Shown here: one piece after another, positions 8,872 through 19,026 of the stretch | Position numbering within the stretch: position 1 is the first letter of the stretch | How the letters are laid out: the number at the start of each line of letters is the position of its first letter | Assembly (NCBI GenBank): GCA_036404475.1 | Contig: DASWZL010000107.1 | Location: 77,001 to 141,000, forward strand | Direction of reading: 5' to 3' | From: Thermoplasmata archaeon | GTDB taxonomy: Archaea > Thermoplasmatota > Thermoplasmata > Lutacidiplasmatales > UBA184 | Length of the DNA: 64,000 nt | Position numbers and translations under genes: made by a program | The notes under the pieces: generated by a model | What the model saw: the letters and a program-made list of their open reading frames with translations, nothing else | Database searches by the model: none | Told to the model about the DNA's origin: nothing

Positions 8872-9065
8872 GGCTCAGCGTCAATCCCGTGCCGCCTGAT
8901 AAGCTCGTTCGCCGACTCCTGTCCCATCGATGCCTTCGGAGGCCACCGGGGATAAAGGAACTCCCGACTGGAACGATCCTTCTATGACATCGAATCGCGC
9001 GGGGAACCGCGCCGCCTTCCCGCGGGCGCGGAGCTCAAGGTCGGGACCTCTATGGTGCGGCGAGG

Positions 9066-9701
9066 GTGAACCTCCTGAAGAACAAACTCGCGACCGGAGT
9101 CTATTGGGGCAGGTTTAACCCCCCCCACCAGGGGCATCTGAGCGTGATTCGGAAGTTCAAGGACAAGTGCAACCTCGTTGTCGCCATCGGCAGCTCGGAA
9201 CACAAGAACGAGAGGACCAATCCGTTCAGTGGGGCCGAGAGAAAGGAGATGATGGAGGCCTACCTGAGGGAATCGAGGATCGGGGGCGTCCGCGTGGTCA
9301 CGCTCGCTGACGGCAACTCGGAATCCTCGGCCCTCGACAACCTGATCCGGAAGCGCAAGCCGGACCTGCTTATTCTGTCGACCGAGAAGAGCCATCTGGC
9401 CGACCTTGCCGAGCAGCGATTACCGGTGATCCACTTCCCGAGGACGGGAAAGGTTTCCTCCACGCTGATCCGAGACTCTCTGGCGGCCGGCGATGGCAGA
9501 TGGAAGAGACTGATCGGTAGGTCGGTGGCACGGCTGGTCGTGGGGTTTGATGAAATTCGTCGGATAAAGAAGGTCTACGACATACCGAGGGGGACAAAGG
9601 GAACAACCCACAGTAAGAGACACCGGGGGTACCGACTCGGCAGCGTACGTGGCCCGCCCCGGGGGCGGCCGTGCGGCGAGGCTCGAACGTCCTCATCGTA
9701 G
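9066..9701 (+). CDS. Nicotinamide-nucleotide adenylyltransferase-like cytidylyltransferase (NadM family)
   Basis: GRFNPPHQGH (HxGH), AIGSS...NPFSGAER, VSSTLIR. Confidence 0.82.
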   Translation: MNLLKNKLATGVYWGRFNPPHQGHLSVIRKFKDKCNLVVAIGSSEHKNERTNPFSGAERKEMMEAYLRESRIGGVRVVTLADGNSESSALDNLIRKRKPDLLILSTEKSHLADLAEQRLPVIHFPRTGKVSSTLIRDSLAAGDGRWKRLIGRSVARLVVGFDEIRRIKKVYDIPRGTKGTTHSKRHRGYRLGSVRGPPRGRPCGEARTSSS

Positions 9702-9745
9702 GTTTGTACGGGGGCGGGAATCTGCTGCCTCGTCCCGAGGCTCGA

Positions 9746-12547
9746 CTATGGTGGCGCGGGAGGACTACCCGCCCGCGGCGGTAGAAGGGGCGGTACTGGT
9801 CCGGGGGGAGCCGTTGCTCGGCGGCGCAACAGGACCACCGCCATCGTGACTCCGGCGATCACCACGACGTACGCCACGACAGTATCCACGGGCGGACCTG
9901 ACGAAGAAGAGGGGGCTGGCGAGGAAGAGGGGCCCAGCGTGAACGTGATCGTCTCGTTCGCCGGACCCCCGTCGACGGTCACGGCTCCGGCACTTTGATT
10001 CGTCGCGTACCCTGCCACGGGACCTACGGAGAAAGGATACCGACCGTTGGGCTCCCAAAAACTGAGCGTGCTCGTCGTCGACGCGTTGGACGTCCCGTTC
10101 AGGGCGACCGACCAGCTCGTTCCCGAAGGCAACCCCATCTCCGTGAACGTCACCGAAGAGACCGTCGGGCCGTACTGCACGTCGTACCAGAGGTTATCCC
10201 CCTCACCCCCGATCATCGGGTTCGTGTTGACGGAGCTCTTCGCGATCCACGACGCGTACGTCGAGATCTCGTTCTGCTGGTCGTAGTAGACGTAGAGGGC
10301 CAGGCTGTTCGCGATGTGTTCGACGAGGTTGTACATCAGCACCCGAGCGGGGCCGACCGCCATTCCCGCAGCCTGGTCCATTCCCCAGACCATGGCGGCG
10401 TATGCGTTCCCCTGACAGGCCTGCGGAACTCCGGCCTGGTTGGCCCAGTAGAGCAATCCCGGGGACGACGCGGGTGTTGGGTCTTGGCTGCAGCTGAGAG
10501 GCGCTAATGTTTGGTAGAGCGCGGCGCCGGCAGTGTACGTCGAGTTAGGGTAGTAGAGGGGGCTCACGTAGTCCGTCGGGTCGGGGTAGTCCGGGGCCCA
10601 TCCGAGGTTGCCCATCGGAGTATCCGATTGACCGGGGGTCGACGAACACCCAAGGGAACGGCAGCAGTTGCCGAAAGCGCAAGCGAATGTAGTGGGATCG
10701 AGCTGTCCTCCTGTTAAAGACGTGATGCTGGCAAGGTAGTTCGGCATCATCTGGCCGAGCTGCTGATTGCCCATCTGGCCGAGAATCGGAAACTGGCACG
10801 GGAAGGACGGCGTGCAGTTCGCAAGCTCGGGGTCGTAGTATGGGCCGCCCTTCGTCGTCGCTTGGACCCACCACCACGCGGCGCTACCGGCCGTGGTCGC
10901 GTTCGACACCGGGTCGCCGGTCGGCCAACTGATGTTGGTCGGGTAGTAGTTCCCCATGTGCTGCGGAATCGCTCCGCCATAGTTGAACCCGTACGGGATC
11001 CCATCCGTCGTGAAGGTCGTATTCTCGACGGTGGTGTACGGGAACGCGTTCACGAGGAACTCGCGCACCCCGACGTAGGAGAAGAAATCTCCCGGTACGG
11101 TGATGGGGTCCGGGTCGATTTCCCGCGCCGCCGTCAAGCTGAACGTTAGCGAGAACGCCAAGAGGAAGATGGTTAGTGATGGAACGGTCAACACCCCGAT
11201 CTTGCCCTCCTGCGCCAGCGAGAGCATCTGAGGCGTGTCGCCGGGAAGGATGGTCGCGAAATCAGCCTGTCCGGCTTCGTACTGATCGATCCCCACGCTG
11301 TCGGTCGATCGGTAGACGACCGTGACATGTGCCATGTAATGGGCTGGCCCGGGCAGGGGCTCGCAGTTCGGCTGGCCCGCACAGCCTGTCGGGGCCTGAT
11401 AAACGGGATTCTGCGCGAGCGTGTAGCCGACCGACTGGCCGAACGGTTGGTTGGTCAGGTAGTACGGTCCTGACCCGACCATGTCCCATCGAACACCGGG
11501 CTGAATCCCCGGAGTGTTTAGTGCGAGCAACTCGAAGGCGTCCCAGTAGGTTGGCAAGATGCTGGTGAGCCAGGCTTGGAACGACGTGTCCGAGGTGCTG
11601 TGGGCCCCGCCGGGGAGGAGGCATGGCCCGTCCCCGCTCGCGGCGGTCGTGCCGGGAAAGCCCGGAACGGCCGCGGCCTGGGCGCTGAACCAACCGCACG
11701 GTTCGACCGACCCACCCGAGGAGTCGGCGACCAGCAGCAAGAAGAACGGCCAGGCAGAGCCTCCCCCCGTGACATCGAACGTGACGCAGCCGTTCGAGTT
11801 CACCATCGCGGCGACCGGACAGTACGTGGTGTCGTTGATCAGGATCGACGAGAAGAGACCCTGCGGCGTGTTGTTGAAGGGGACGTGGATACCGCCGTCC
11901 CACTTGGAATTCCCGCCCGGCAGCAGTGCCTGGCACTCGATCCAGCCGGGTTGGGCACCGAACCCCGGAAGGTCGGCGAAGCCGCAGGTCCGCGCGAACG
12001 TGAAGGCCACGTCGGACGGGTAGACCGGCCAGTTGGCTCCGGTCGATGGATCGTAGAATCGAGCCGCCGGGTCGATGGGGAAGGTCCAGTACTGCGGTGA
12101 ACCCGTGGACACGTTGTTGACGACCAGCGAGGCTCCGCCGTACATCGCGGCGCAGCCCGGGCCCGGCACGCACATGGACAGTTCGGGCAAGAACGAGACC
12201 GTGCTGCTCCCGTTGAACGCCACGAGTGTCTGGTAGACGTTGAGGATCGGCTCGGCACTGATGGAATCGTAAGCTACCGAGGGGTCCACCGAGGTAGCGC
12301 CTCCCGGGGCGACCTCCTGGTAGATGATCTGGCCGGGATGCGGACTGCCACCGGTGTCGGGGGTCACACCGGCTGCGGCAGAGCTGATCGCCGATGCCGA
12401 GTTTGTCGTCGCGCCCTCGAACGCGGCCGGGGTCGATGAGCTGTGCGTGGATCCCGCAGTAACGGCGCCGCTCGGAAACAGTAGGCTCAGGGTCAACGCT
12501 ATCACTACCGCGGCGACGAATGCAGAGGCGCGCGTTGAGCTCGACAT
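9746..12547 (-). CDS. Family 5 (peptide) ABC solute-binding protein, Cys-rich, with C-terminal surface repeat and TM anchor
   Basis: Signal peptide; SVDPSVAYD...NVYQTLV, GSGPY, GWAPDYPDPTDY; VTFTEMGLPSGTSWSV; C-terminal TM followed by RRR. Confidence 0.85.
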   Translation of the reverse strand: MSSSTRASAFVAAVVIALTLSLLFPSGAVTAGSTHSSSTPAAFEGATTNSASAISSAAAGVTPDTGGSPHPGQIIYQEVAPGGATSVDPSVAYDSISAEPILNVYQTLVAFNGSSTVSFLPELSMCVPGPGCAAMYGGASLVVNNVSTGSPQYWTFPIDPAARFYDPSTGANWPVYPSDVAFTFARTCGFADLPGFGAQPGWIECQALLPGGNSKWDGGIHVPFNNTPQGLFSSILINDTTYCPVAAMVNSNGCVTFDVTGGGSAWPFFLLLVADSSGGSVEPCGWFSAQAAAVPGFPGTTAASGDGPCLLPGGAHSTSDTSFQAWLTSILPTYWDAFELLALNTPGIQPGVRWDMVGSGPYYLTNQPFGQSVGYTLAQNPVYQAPTGCAGQPNCEPLPGPAHYMAHVTVVYRSTDSVGIDQYEAGQADFATILPGDTPQMLSLAQEGKIGVLTVPSLTIFLLAFSLTFSLTAAREIDPDPITVPGDFFSYVGVREFLVNAFPYTTVENTTFTTDGIPYGFNYGGAIPQHMGNYYPTNISWPTGDPVSNATTAGSAAWWWVQATTKGGPYYDPELANCTPSFPCQFPILGQMGNQQLGQMMPNYLASITSLTGGQLDPTTFACAFGNCCRSLGCSSTPGQSDTPMGNLGWAPDYPDPTDYVSPLYYPNSTYTAGAALYQTLAPLSCSQDPTPASSPGLLYWANQAGVPQACQGNAYAAMVWGMDQAAGMAVGPARVLMYNLVEHIANSLALYVYYDQQNEISTYASWIAKSSVNTNPMIGGEGDNLWYDVQYGPTVSSVTFTEMGLPSGTSWSVALNGTSNASTTSTLSFWEPNGRYPFSVGPVAGYATNQSAGAVTVDGGPANETITFTLGPSSSPAPSSSSGPPVDTVVAYVVVIAGVTMAVVLLRRRATAPPGPVPPLLPPRAGSPPAPP

Positions 12548-13030
12548 GCTCACGTTCCACATGCTTTGTCGTGCACGTGGGCTGTCCTGCTCTAGAGAAC
12601 ATGACCACACCGACCATCAACCTATCAGGCCTCACCGACGCATTCGGCTCCCGTCGTGCGGTCCTTCGAGCCGTCCTCGCGCAAATTCGAACCGGCTCGA
12701 CCTGGGGAGCGTTGGCGCCTCATCTCCCGTGGAGAACTCGCCCATCGCCAGGGGCGACTTCGCTTGGAACCAACAACCGGATTTTTCCTCTTCCCCCCTC
12801 GATACCGTAGTCATCGACCCGGGGATACCGAGTCCGGGCACGGGCGCAGATACCGGGACGATGAGCCTGCGAGTCGGGGGTTAAGTCTACGGGAACGATC
12901 AATCGGAAGGGAAGAACCCTGGCGGGATTCGGTTGCAACCGACTGCGCCGAGAGGGACAGGGCAAGTATGATGTTCCCGAAGCTCCCTTCTGGGTCGATG
13001 GAGTCCCCGTTTACCCTAGAAACCGTCCCG

Positions 13031-13312
13031 ATGGTGGACGAGAGCCATGTATGCACGTGGTGCAGCACTCCCCTCCTGAAAGGCACCACAGGGGTTCGCG
13101 TGGTGAACTACCCGGCGGCCCTACCCGAGAACCTTAGAGAGCACTACTTCCACACCATGGAACACCTTCGGAGCTGGGCCCAGCAGGCGGCTCTGAACGC
13201 GATGAGGCTCATCGCGACCAACGACCCGACGTACCTCGCGCATCCGGCCGAGATCGTTGCGAGGCGCGATGCCTACTCCGCGCTGGCGCAAATGACGTAC
13301 CCCAACCGATAG
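13031..13312 (+). CDS. Small putative metal-binding protein (CxxC...HYFH..H); start uncertain (12968 possible)
   Basis: CTWC, then HYFHTMEH; protein-like composition. Confidence 0.55.
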   Translation: MVDESHVCTWCSTPLLKGTTGVRVVNYPAALPENLREHYFHTMEHLRSWAQQAALNAMRLIATNDPTYLAHPAEIVARRDAYSALAQMTYPNR

Positions 13313-13427
13313 ACATCGCCCGGCGGGGAGGGTCGAACCGACCGCTCGACGGCGAACCTCGAGCCGTTGGCCGGACTCGAGCAAGGGCCGGGAGGTCACC
13401 CGCTGCGCTGGTTCCGGACGCCGTCGC

Positions 13428-16283
13428 TCAGCCGACGGGGGTCGTCGTCGGCCGCTTGTCGGTCGATGCCGGGACGTCCTCGACCGTGGATGAGGTCTTC
13501 TCGACGATTCGGATCGTGGACGGGACCCGAAGGGCATCGACCTCGGTGAGAGGCCGTGGGGTTTCCTTCGGCACCGTGGCCTCGACGGTGTGGTCGCCCC
13601 CGAGATTGAGGGTTGCCTCCACCGTGCCGTCGTCCGAATACGTGAGCGAGAAGCCCATCCTCTTCATGAGGGAGAGCGCCCGGTAGTTCTCGGCGAGCAT
13701 GACGGAATAGACCCGCTCGATCCCCATGTCCTCGGCGACCTCGAGGACGTGGTCCGTGAGCTTCGTCCCAAGTCCGGCATTCTGGAACTCATCGGTCACG
13801 ATGACGGCGAACTCTCCGCTCTTCCCGTCCGGTTCGATGCTCAGGCGGCCTACGCCTAGAAGCCTTCGCTTCCCGTTCTGGGTCAGCTCGGGCACGATCG
13901 CGATCTCTCGGTCATAGTCGATGTTGCAGTAGCGTACCCGCATCTCGTGCGGGGTGTCCTTGATGACCTGGAAGAACCGGTACCGGATCGATTCCTCCGA
14001 GAACCCCTTGAACATCTCGAGCCACATCGGTTCGTCCTCGGGCTTGATCGGGCGGAGAAGGACCTCCTCGCCGGCCCCCATCCTCCAGTGCGCTTCGTAC
14101 TTCTTCGGGTACGGGCTGATCACCAGCTGGGCGCGGGCGTCGTGGTCGCGACCCGCTCGGTCCTTGTCGATCAGGATCCGCGCATCGAGGATGTGGACCT
14201 TGCTCTCGTTGAGGAGGAGCGGGTTGATGTCGATCTCTTTGATCTGCGGAAAGTCGACCAGGAGCTGCGAGAAGAGGAGCAGCGTCTTTTCCAGAAGCTC
14301 GATGTTGGCCCGTGGCTGGTTCCGGTACCCTTTGAGGAGCTGGTAGACCTTCGTCTCCTCGAGCATCCGCCGGATAAGCGTCGTATTCAGGGGCGGAAGC
14401 GCGACCGCGGCGTCCCGGTAGAGCTCGACCCCCACGCCGCCCATTCCGAACAGGACGACCGGCCCGAAGAGGGGGTCGGTCTTTCCCCCGACGATCAGTT
14501 CGTGGCCGCCCCTCGGGATCATCGGCTGAACGGTCACGCCGAGGATCTGGGCGTTGGGCTTGAACGCCTTCGCCCGCGCGACCAGGGCATCGAACTGACG
14601 ACGGACCTCCTCCTCGGAGCCGATGTCGAGCGCCACCCCGCCCGCCTCCGTCTTGTGGAGGATGTCCGGGGAGAGAATCTTGAGCACCACCGGGAAGCCG
14701 AAATGCCTCGCTTTCGCGGTCGCCTCCTCCGCGGTTGTCGCGACCTCGGTCGAGACCACGGGGAAGCCGTAGTACTTCAGCACCCGCTTCGCTTCTTCCT
14801 CGGTTAGCGCCTCGCGGCCCTCCTTGGTGGCCCGCTGCAGGATCACGGAGATCGGTCGCCGCGGCGGGGCGGAGTCGACCGGAAGTTCCTCGGGGGTTTC
14901 GTACAGTAGCCCGATGTTCCGGCGGTATTGGTACATCGTCAGGTACGTCTTGACCGCCTCCTCGGGCGACGAATACGTGGGAATGTTGTGGCCGGCGAAG
15001 AACGCGTTCGCCTCGGTGACCCGGCTTCGACCCATGAACGACGCGAGGATCGTCTTGTTCTGGTAGGTCTTCGCCTGGAGGATCTCCACTACCGTCTCCG
15101 CCACGGCGAGAGGATTGATCATCGCCTGGGCCGTGAGCAGGAGCAGGATCCCGTCGACGTTCTCGTCGTCGAGGCACGCCTCGAGCGCGACCCGGTAGCG
15201 CTCGGGCCCGGCGTCCCCGATGAGGTCGATCGGGTTCCCGTGGCTCCAGAACGCTGGGAGCGCCGCGTTGAGCCGCTCCATCGTCTTCGGGCTGAGATCG
15301 GCCAGCTTCCCGCCCCGCGCGAGGAGCGCGTCGCTGGTCATGATCCCCGGCCCGCCCGCATTCGTGATGATCGCGAGTCTCGGTCCGATCGGGAGGGGCT
15401 GGGTGCTCAAGACCTCGGCCGCATTGAACAGGTCCGCGATCTCCTCGACCCGAACGATCCCGGCGCGCTTGAACGCCGCCTCGTAGATGTCGTCCTCGCC
15501 CGAGAGGGAGCCCGTATGCGAGGCCACTGCCCGAGCGCTTTCCCGGAACCGGCCGGCTTTGACGACCACGATCGGCTTCGTCCGGGCGAAGTGCCGGGCG
15601 GCGCTCATGAATCGTCGGGCGTTGGTGACCCCCTCGATGTACATCAGGATGCTTCGGGTCTGTGGGTCGCTGCCGAAATAGTCGATGAGGTCGCCGAAGT
15701 CGACGTCGATCATGGACCCTACGGAGACGAAGGTCGAGAACCCGACATTCTCGTGGATCGCCGTGTCGAGGATCGCGGAACCCAGCGCCCCGCTCTGGGA
15801 GAGGAACGCCACGGTTCCCGGTTTCGGGATCTTCGAAAGGAAGGTCCCGTTGAGGCGCGTTGAGGGGCGGATGATTCCGAGGCAGTTCGGGCCCACGATC
15901 CGGATGCCGTACTTGGCAGCGACCGCGAGGATCTCGTCCTCGAGGAGCTTCCCCGACGGTCCCGTTTCCTTGAAACCGGCGGAGAGGATGACGACTCCCT
16001 TCACCCCGGCCTTGCCGCACTCCTCGACGAGCCCACATACCGTCTTCGCGGGAGTGGCAATGATCGCGAGGTCGACCGTTTCCGGGACCGCCCCCACGGT
16101 CGGGTATGCCTTGACACCGAGGATCTCGGACTTGTGGTTGTTGACGAAGTAGGCCTTGCCCTCAAACACCCCTCTCGCGAAATTGGCCGACACCGCATGG
16201 CCCACGGACCCTTCCGTGTCGGTCGCGCCGAGGATGGCCACGACTCGGGGTTTGAAGATCTTGTCGAGATTGTAGGTCCCCAC
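13428..16283 (-). CDS. Bifunctional NDP-forming acyl-CoA ligase/GNAT protein (Pat/PatZ-type lysine acetyltransferase architecture)
   Basis: GPNCLG, SQSGA, ASHTGS, TNAGG, NPIDL, ATP-grasp PVVLKILSPDILHKTE, C-terminal GNAT; GTG at 16283. Confidence 0.9.
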   Translation of the reverse strand: MGTYNLDKIFKPRVVAILGATDTEGSVGHAVSANFARGVFEGKAYFVNNHKSEILGVKAYPTVGAVPETVDLAIIATPAKTVCGLVEECGKAGVKGVVILSAGFKETGPSGKLLEDEILAVAAKYGIRIVGPNCLGIIRPSTRLNGTFLSKIPKPGTVAFLSQSGALGSAILDTAIHENVGFSTFVSVGSMIDVDFGDLIDYFGSDPQTRSILMYIEGVTNARRFMSAARHFARTKPIVVVKAGRFRESARAVASHTGSLSGEDDIYEAAFKRAGIVRVEEIADLFNAAEVLSTQPLPIGPRLAIITNAGGPGIMTSDALLARGGKLADLSPKTMERLNAALPAFWSHGNPIDLIGDAGPERYRVALEACLDDENVDGILLLLTAQAMINPLAVAETVVEILQAKTYQNKTILASFMGRSRVTEANAFFAGHNIPTYSSPEEAVKTYLTMYQYRRNIGLLYETPEELPVDSAPPRRPISVILQRATKEGREALTEEEAKRVLKYYGFPVVSTEVATTAEEATAKARHFGFPVVLKILSPDILHKTEAGGVALDIGSEEEVRRQFDALVARAKAFKPNAQILGVTVQPMIPRGGHELIVGGKTDPLFGPVVLFGMGGVGVELYRDAAVALPPLNTTLIRRMLEETKVYQLLKGYRNQPRANIELLEKTLLLFSQLLVDFPQIKEIDINPLLLNESKVHILDARILIDKDRAGRDHDARAQLVISPYPKKYEAHWRMGAGEEVLLRPIKPEDEPMWLEMFKGFSEESIRYRFFQVIKDTPHEMRVRYCNIDYDREIAIVPELTQNGKRRLLGVGRLSIEPDGKSGEFAVIVTDEFQNAGLGTKLTDHVLEVAEDMGIERVYSVMLAENYRALSLMKRMGFSLTYSDDGTVEATLNLGGDHTVEATVPKETPRPLTEVDALRVPSTIRIVEKTSSTVEDVPASTDKRPTTTPVG

Positions 16284-16627
16284 CGGCCTTCTCCTCGTTT
16301 CCTTCTGGTGAGGGTGGATCGAGCCGCCCGATGGCCCCCGCCGGACTCGGGAGGCGGAGAAATCACCCTCCGTCGGTATTACAGACTTGCGGCTCCTCAA
16401 AAAGGGGTTCGTTCTTCCGATTCGACGGGCGGTGCGGCTGATGCCCCTCTCGGTCAGCGGCCGTCGAGGGGCGGAACAAGATCCGAGCATCTGGGATTCC
16501 TTCTCCGCTGTGAGGAACTCCCGTGCCCGGCAGCTTCAGGCGTTCCCAACCGTAGTGGTCGACGCGGTGTTCGCGGCGGTCCCCACGGCGGTCTTAAGCA
16601 GATGCGCGTCCTGCCTCACGAAGGACC

Positions 16628-16804
16628 ATGCCGAAGGTAATGGTACTGGCGAACGAGAACGGACCGAACCTTGTAATGGTGGATGGGAAGGTCGTTGCGG
16701 GGCTCTGCCGGTGCGGCCACTCCTCGAAGAAGCCGCTGTGCGATGGCACTCATCACAAGATGGACTTCCGGGCCGAGAAGGCCGAGGTCAAGATCCTCGA
16801 GTGA
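16628..16804 (+). CDS. CDGSH iron-sulfur domain protein, 58 aa (not in ORF track)
   Basis: MPKVMVLANENGPNLVMVDGKVVAGLCRCGHSSKKPLCDGTHHKMDF...; C-x-C-x2-S-x3-P-x-CDGTH motif. Confidence 0.92.
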   Translation: MPKVMVLANENGPNLVMVDGKVVAGLCRCGHSSKKPLCDGTHHKMDFRAEKAEVKILE

Positions 16805-16874
16805 GCGGGAAACCGCCGACCTGTCCTCGGAGTCCTCCTCGCCGTCGCCGAGGTGGAGCGAGTTAGGGCAGGTC

Positions 16875-17231
16875 ATGCCACGCGCCGCAACGCCGAGGGC
16901 GCCTGCCGCGGAGATGGGCGAAGTGGCCGACGAGGCGCGACGCGTTGTCCGAGATGTGGCTCCTCGCCTCCGGACGCAGATGAGGTGGGGACTCCCCTGG
17001 TTCGTCGGGGAGGACCTCGTTCTGGTCGTCGCGGCCTTCACGCGTCACGTGGACGTCAAGTTCTGGAGGGGGTCGTCCCTCTCGGACCCCGGCGGTCTGC
17101 TCGAAGGCACGGGGAAGAACCTCCGCCACGTCAAACTGCGGACGGTCGCCGAGGCCCGGGCTCCGGCCCTAGCATCCCTCATCCGCGAGGCGGTCCGGCA
17201 GGACTCGCGCTCCCCGAAGAGGAGCCGATAG
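16875..17231 (+). CDS. DUF1801 (YdhG-like) protein
   Basis: MRWGLPWF, HVDVKFWRG, LLEGTGKNLRHVKL. Confidence 0.85.
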   Translation: MPRAATPRAPAAEMGEVADEARRVVRDVAPRLRTQMRWGLPWFVGEDLVLVVAAFTRHVDVKFWRGSSLSDPGGLLEGTGKNLRHVKLRTVAEARAPALASLIREAVRQDSRSPKRSR

Positions 17232-17282
17232 ACTCGACGGTCGGTCGTGACGCTGTCCGGTGGGTCCCCCCACCGGTCAGGG

Positions 17283-18227
17283 TCACACCTCGACCACGGT
17301 CTTCCCGTGCGCACGGCCGGCCCTCAGTTCCGCGAGCGCGGCCGGCGCCTCCGGAAGGCGGACCCGGCGCTCGAGGGGAACCTTGAGGTGGTGGTCCACG
17401 ACGTCCTTCGCCAAGCGGTCGAGAAGCAGCGTCGTGGGTTGGAGGTCCACATTGACCCCACGAACGCCCGCCCGTTCCAACGACCGAACGTCGGCCGAGA
17501 ACATCGTGGTGGTCGCCGCGCCCCCCCGGCGGACGATCGTGGCCCACCGCGCGAAGGTTGGACGGTCGCTCATGGCATCGAGGAGACCATCCAACCCCGA
17601 GGGGTGCGTCCGCGCGACGGCGGCGTGCGGGTCTTCGCCGGACGGGTCGACGACCTCCTCGGCCCCCAGAGAGCGGAGGCGAGCGGCCGAACTCGCCCGG
17701 GCGACCGCCGTGACATGGATGCCGCTGGCCGCCGCCAGTTCCGTTGCGAACGACCCGACTCCCCCGGAAGCGCCGACGATGACCAAGGACGCCCCGGGCG
17801 GAAGGGCGAGAAAGTCGAGGCTGGCGAGCGCGGTCATCCCAGCGGTGGGGAGGGCTGCCGCTTCCTCGGATTTCATCCCATTCGGGACCCGGGTGACTCC
17901 GATCCCTTCGGGAGCGGGCACGAACTCCGCATAGGTGCCCGTGCCGATCGGGTCGTGGAGGAACTGGCCGAAGATCCGGTCGCCGACTCGAAACCGCTCC
18001 ACCGCGGGGCCGACGGCTTCCACGGTCCCCGCGGCGTCCACTCCGAGCACGAGGGGGAACACGTGGGGGCGATTCCCCTCGAAGATCCCATCCGCGATCT
18101 TCCAGTCCAGAGGGTTGACCCCGGCATATTCCACGCGGACGAGCATCTCCGCCCGGCTCACGGCCGGCGAGGGGAGGTCCATCAGTTCGGGAGGCGTGCG
18201 GAATCGGGAGACGGCCACCGCCCGCAT
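17283..18227 (-). CDS. NADP-dependent oxidoreductase (MDR/quinone oxidoreductase family)
   Basis: AGVNPLDWK, GVDAAGTV, GASGGVG, HGKTVV. Confidence 0.9.
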   Translation of the reverse strand: MRAVAVSRFRTPPELMDLPSPAVSRAEMLVRVEYAGVNPLDWKIADGIFEGNRPHVFPLVLGVDAAGTVEAVGPAVERFRVGDRIFGQFLHDPIGTGTYAEFVPAPEGIGVTRVPNGMKSEEAAALPTAGMTALASLDFLALPPGASLVIVGASGGVGSFATELAAASGIHVTAVARASSAARLRSLGAEEVVDPSGEDPHAAVARTHPSGLDGLLDAMSDRPTFARWATIVRRGGAATTTMFSADVRSLERAGVRGVNVDLQPTTLLLDRLAKDVVDHHLKVPLERRVRLPEAPAALAELRAGRAHGKTVVEV

Positions 18228-18331
18228 GTCGGACGAAAGTCGCCGCGGGTCATCAAGGAATCCGTAGCCGTCCGAGCCGTGTCACGGAAGGCTAAGTACG
18301 CTCCCCGCTCTCCCGACTCTCTCGAGCGGCC

Positions 18332-18802
18332 ATGGGGATGGACCAGGACTTCCCGATCACGGGGACCCAGGTGAAGGTCCTCCTCGTCGGCTTGTTGGTC
18401 ATGGGTGCATTTGGTGCCGCCCTGTTCGGGGGCACGATCCCGGGGCTGAAGCCCAACTACTCTCAGCCCAACTTCCTCGTCGTAGGCGGGGAACCGTACT
18501 ACTTCACCACCCTTTCCCTGGCCATGCCCAACCTCTTCCTCAACTACACCCTCCCTCAGTCGTTCACGTTCCACAACGTGACGTTCGCGCTATGGGTCTC
18601 AGGTTGGGGTTTGTTCTCCGGTGGGCTGGTCCATGGGAACGGCACGGAAGCGGACGGGACCGTCTACGCCTTCGTCTTGGGCGAATCCACAACTCCGCCG
18701 GTGAATACCACGCTATTCCTATCGCCCGACCGGCTGTTTGCGGTCTACTGGCTGGGGGGCCTGCTGGGCGGGACCTCGGTGCGTCTCATGGTCCACGTTT
18801 GA
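18332..18802 (+). CDS. Membrane-anchored extracellular hypothetical protein
   Basis: N-terminal TM; beta-rich domain with several N-x-T/S sequons. Confidence 0.75.
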   Translation: MGMDQDFPITGTQVKVLLVGLLVMGAFGAALFGGTIPGLKPNYSQPNFLVVGGEPYYFTTLSLAMPNLFLNYTLPQSFTFHNVTFALWVSGWGLFSGGLVHGNGTEADGTVYAFVLGESTTPPVNTTLFLSPDRLFAVYWLGGLLGGTSVRLMVHV

Positions 18803-19026
18803 TCCGGAGCGCCGTCGACCGTGGTCGTGGCCGACCCCGAGGAAGGACCCAAGGTCCGCATCCCGCCCCGCTCCCGTGGGAATGCGGGATCACGTTCGGT
18901 GCAGGAACCGGCCCCCGGTCGACAGAGACTGGGGTTGGAGAAACATCTAATCCCGAGGCGGTCTAACGGGCACGGACGCAACTCCCGGGGGTTCGGACCT
19001 CACGGTGGTCGTCGGGAGGAGTCGAG

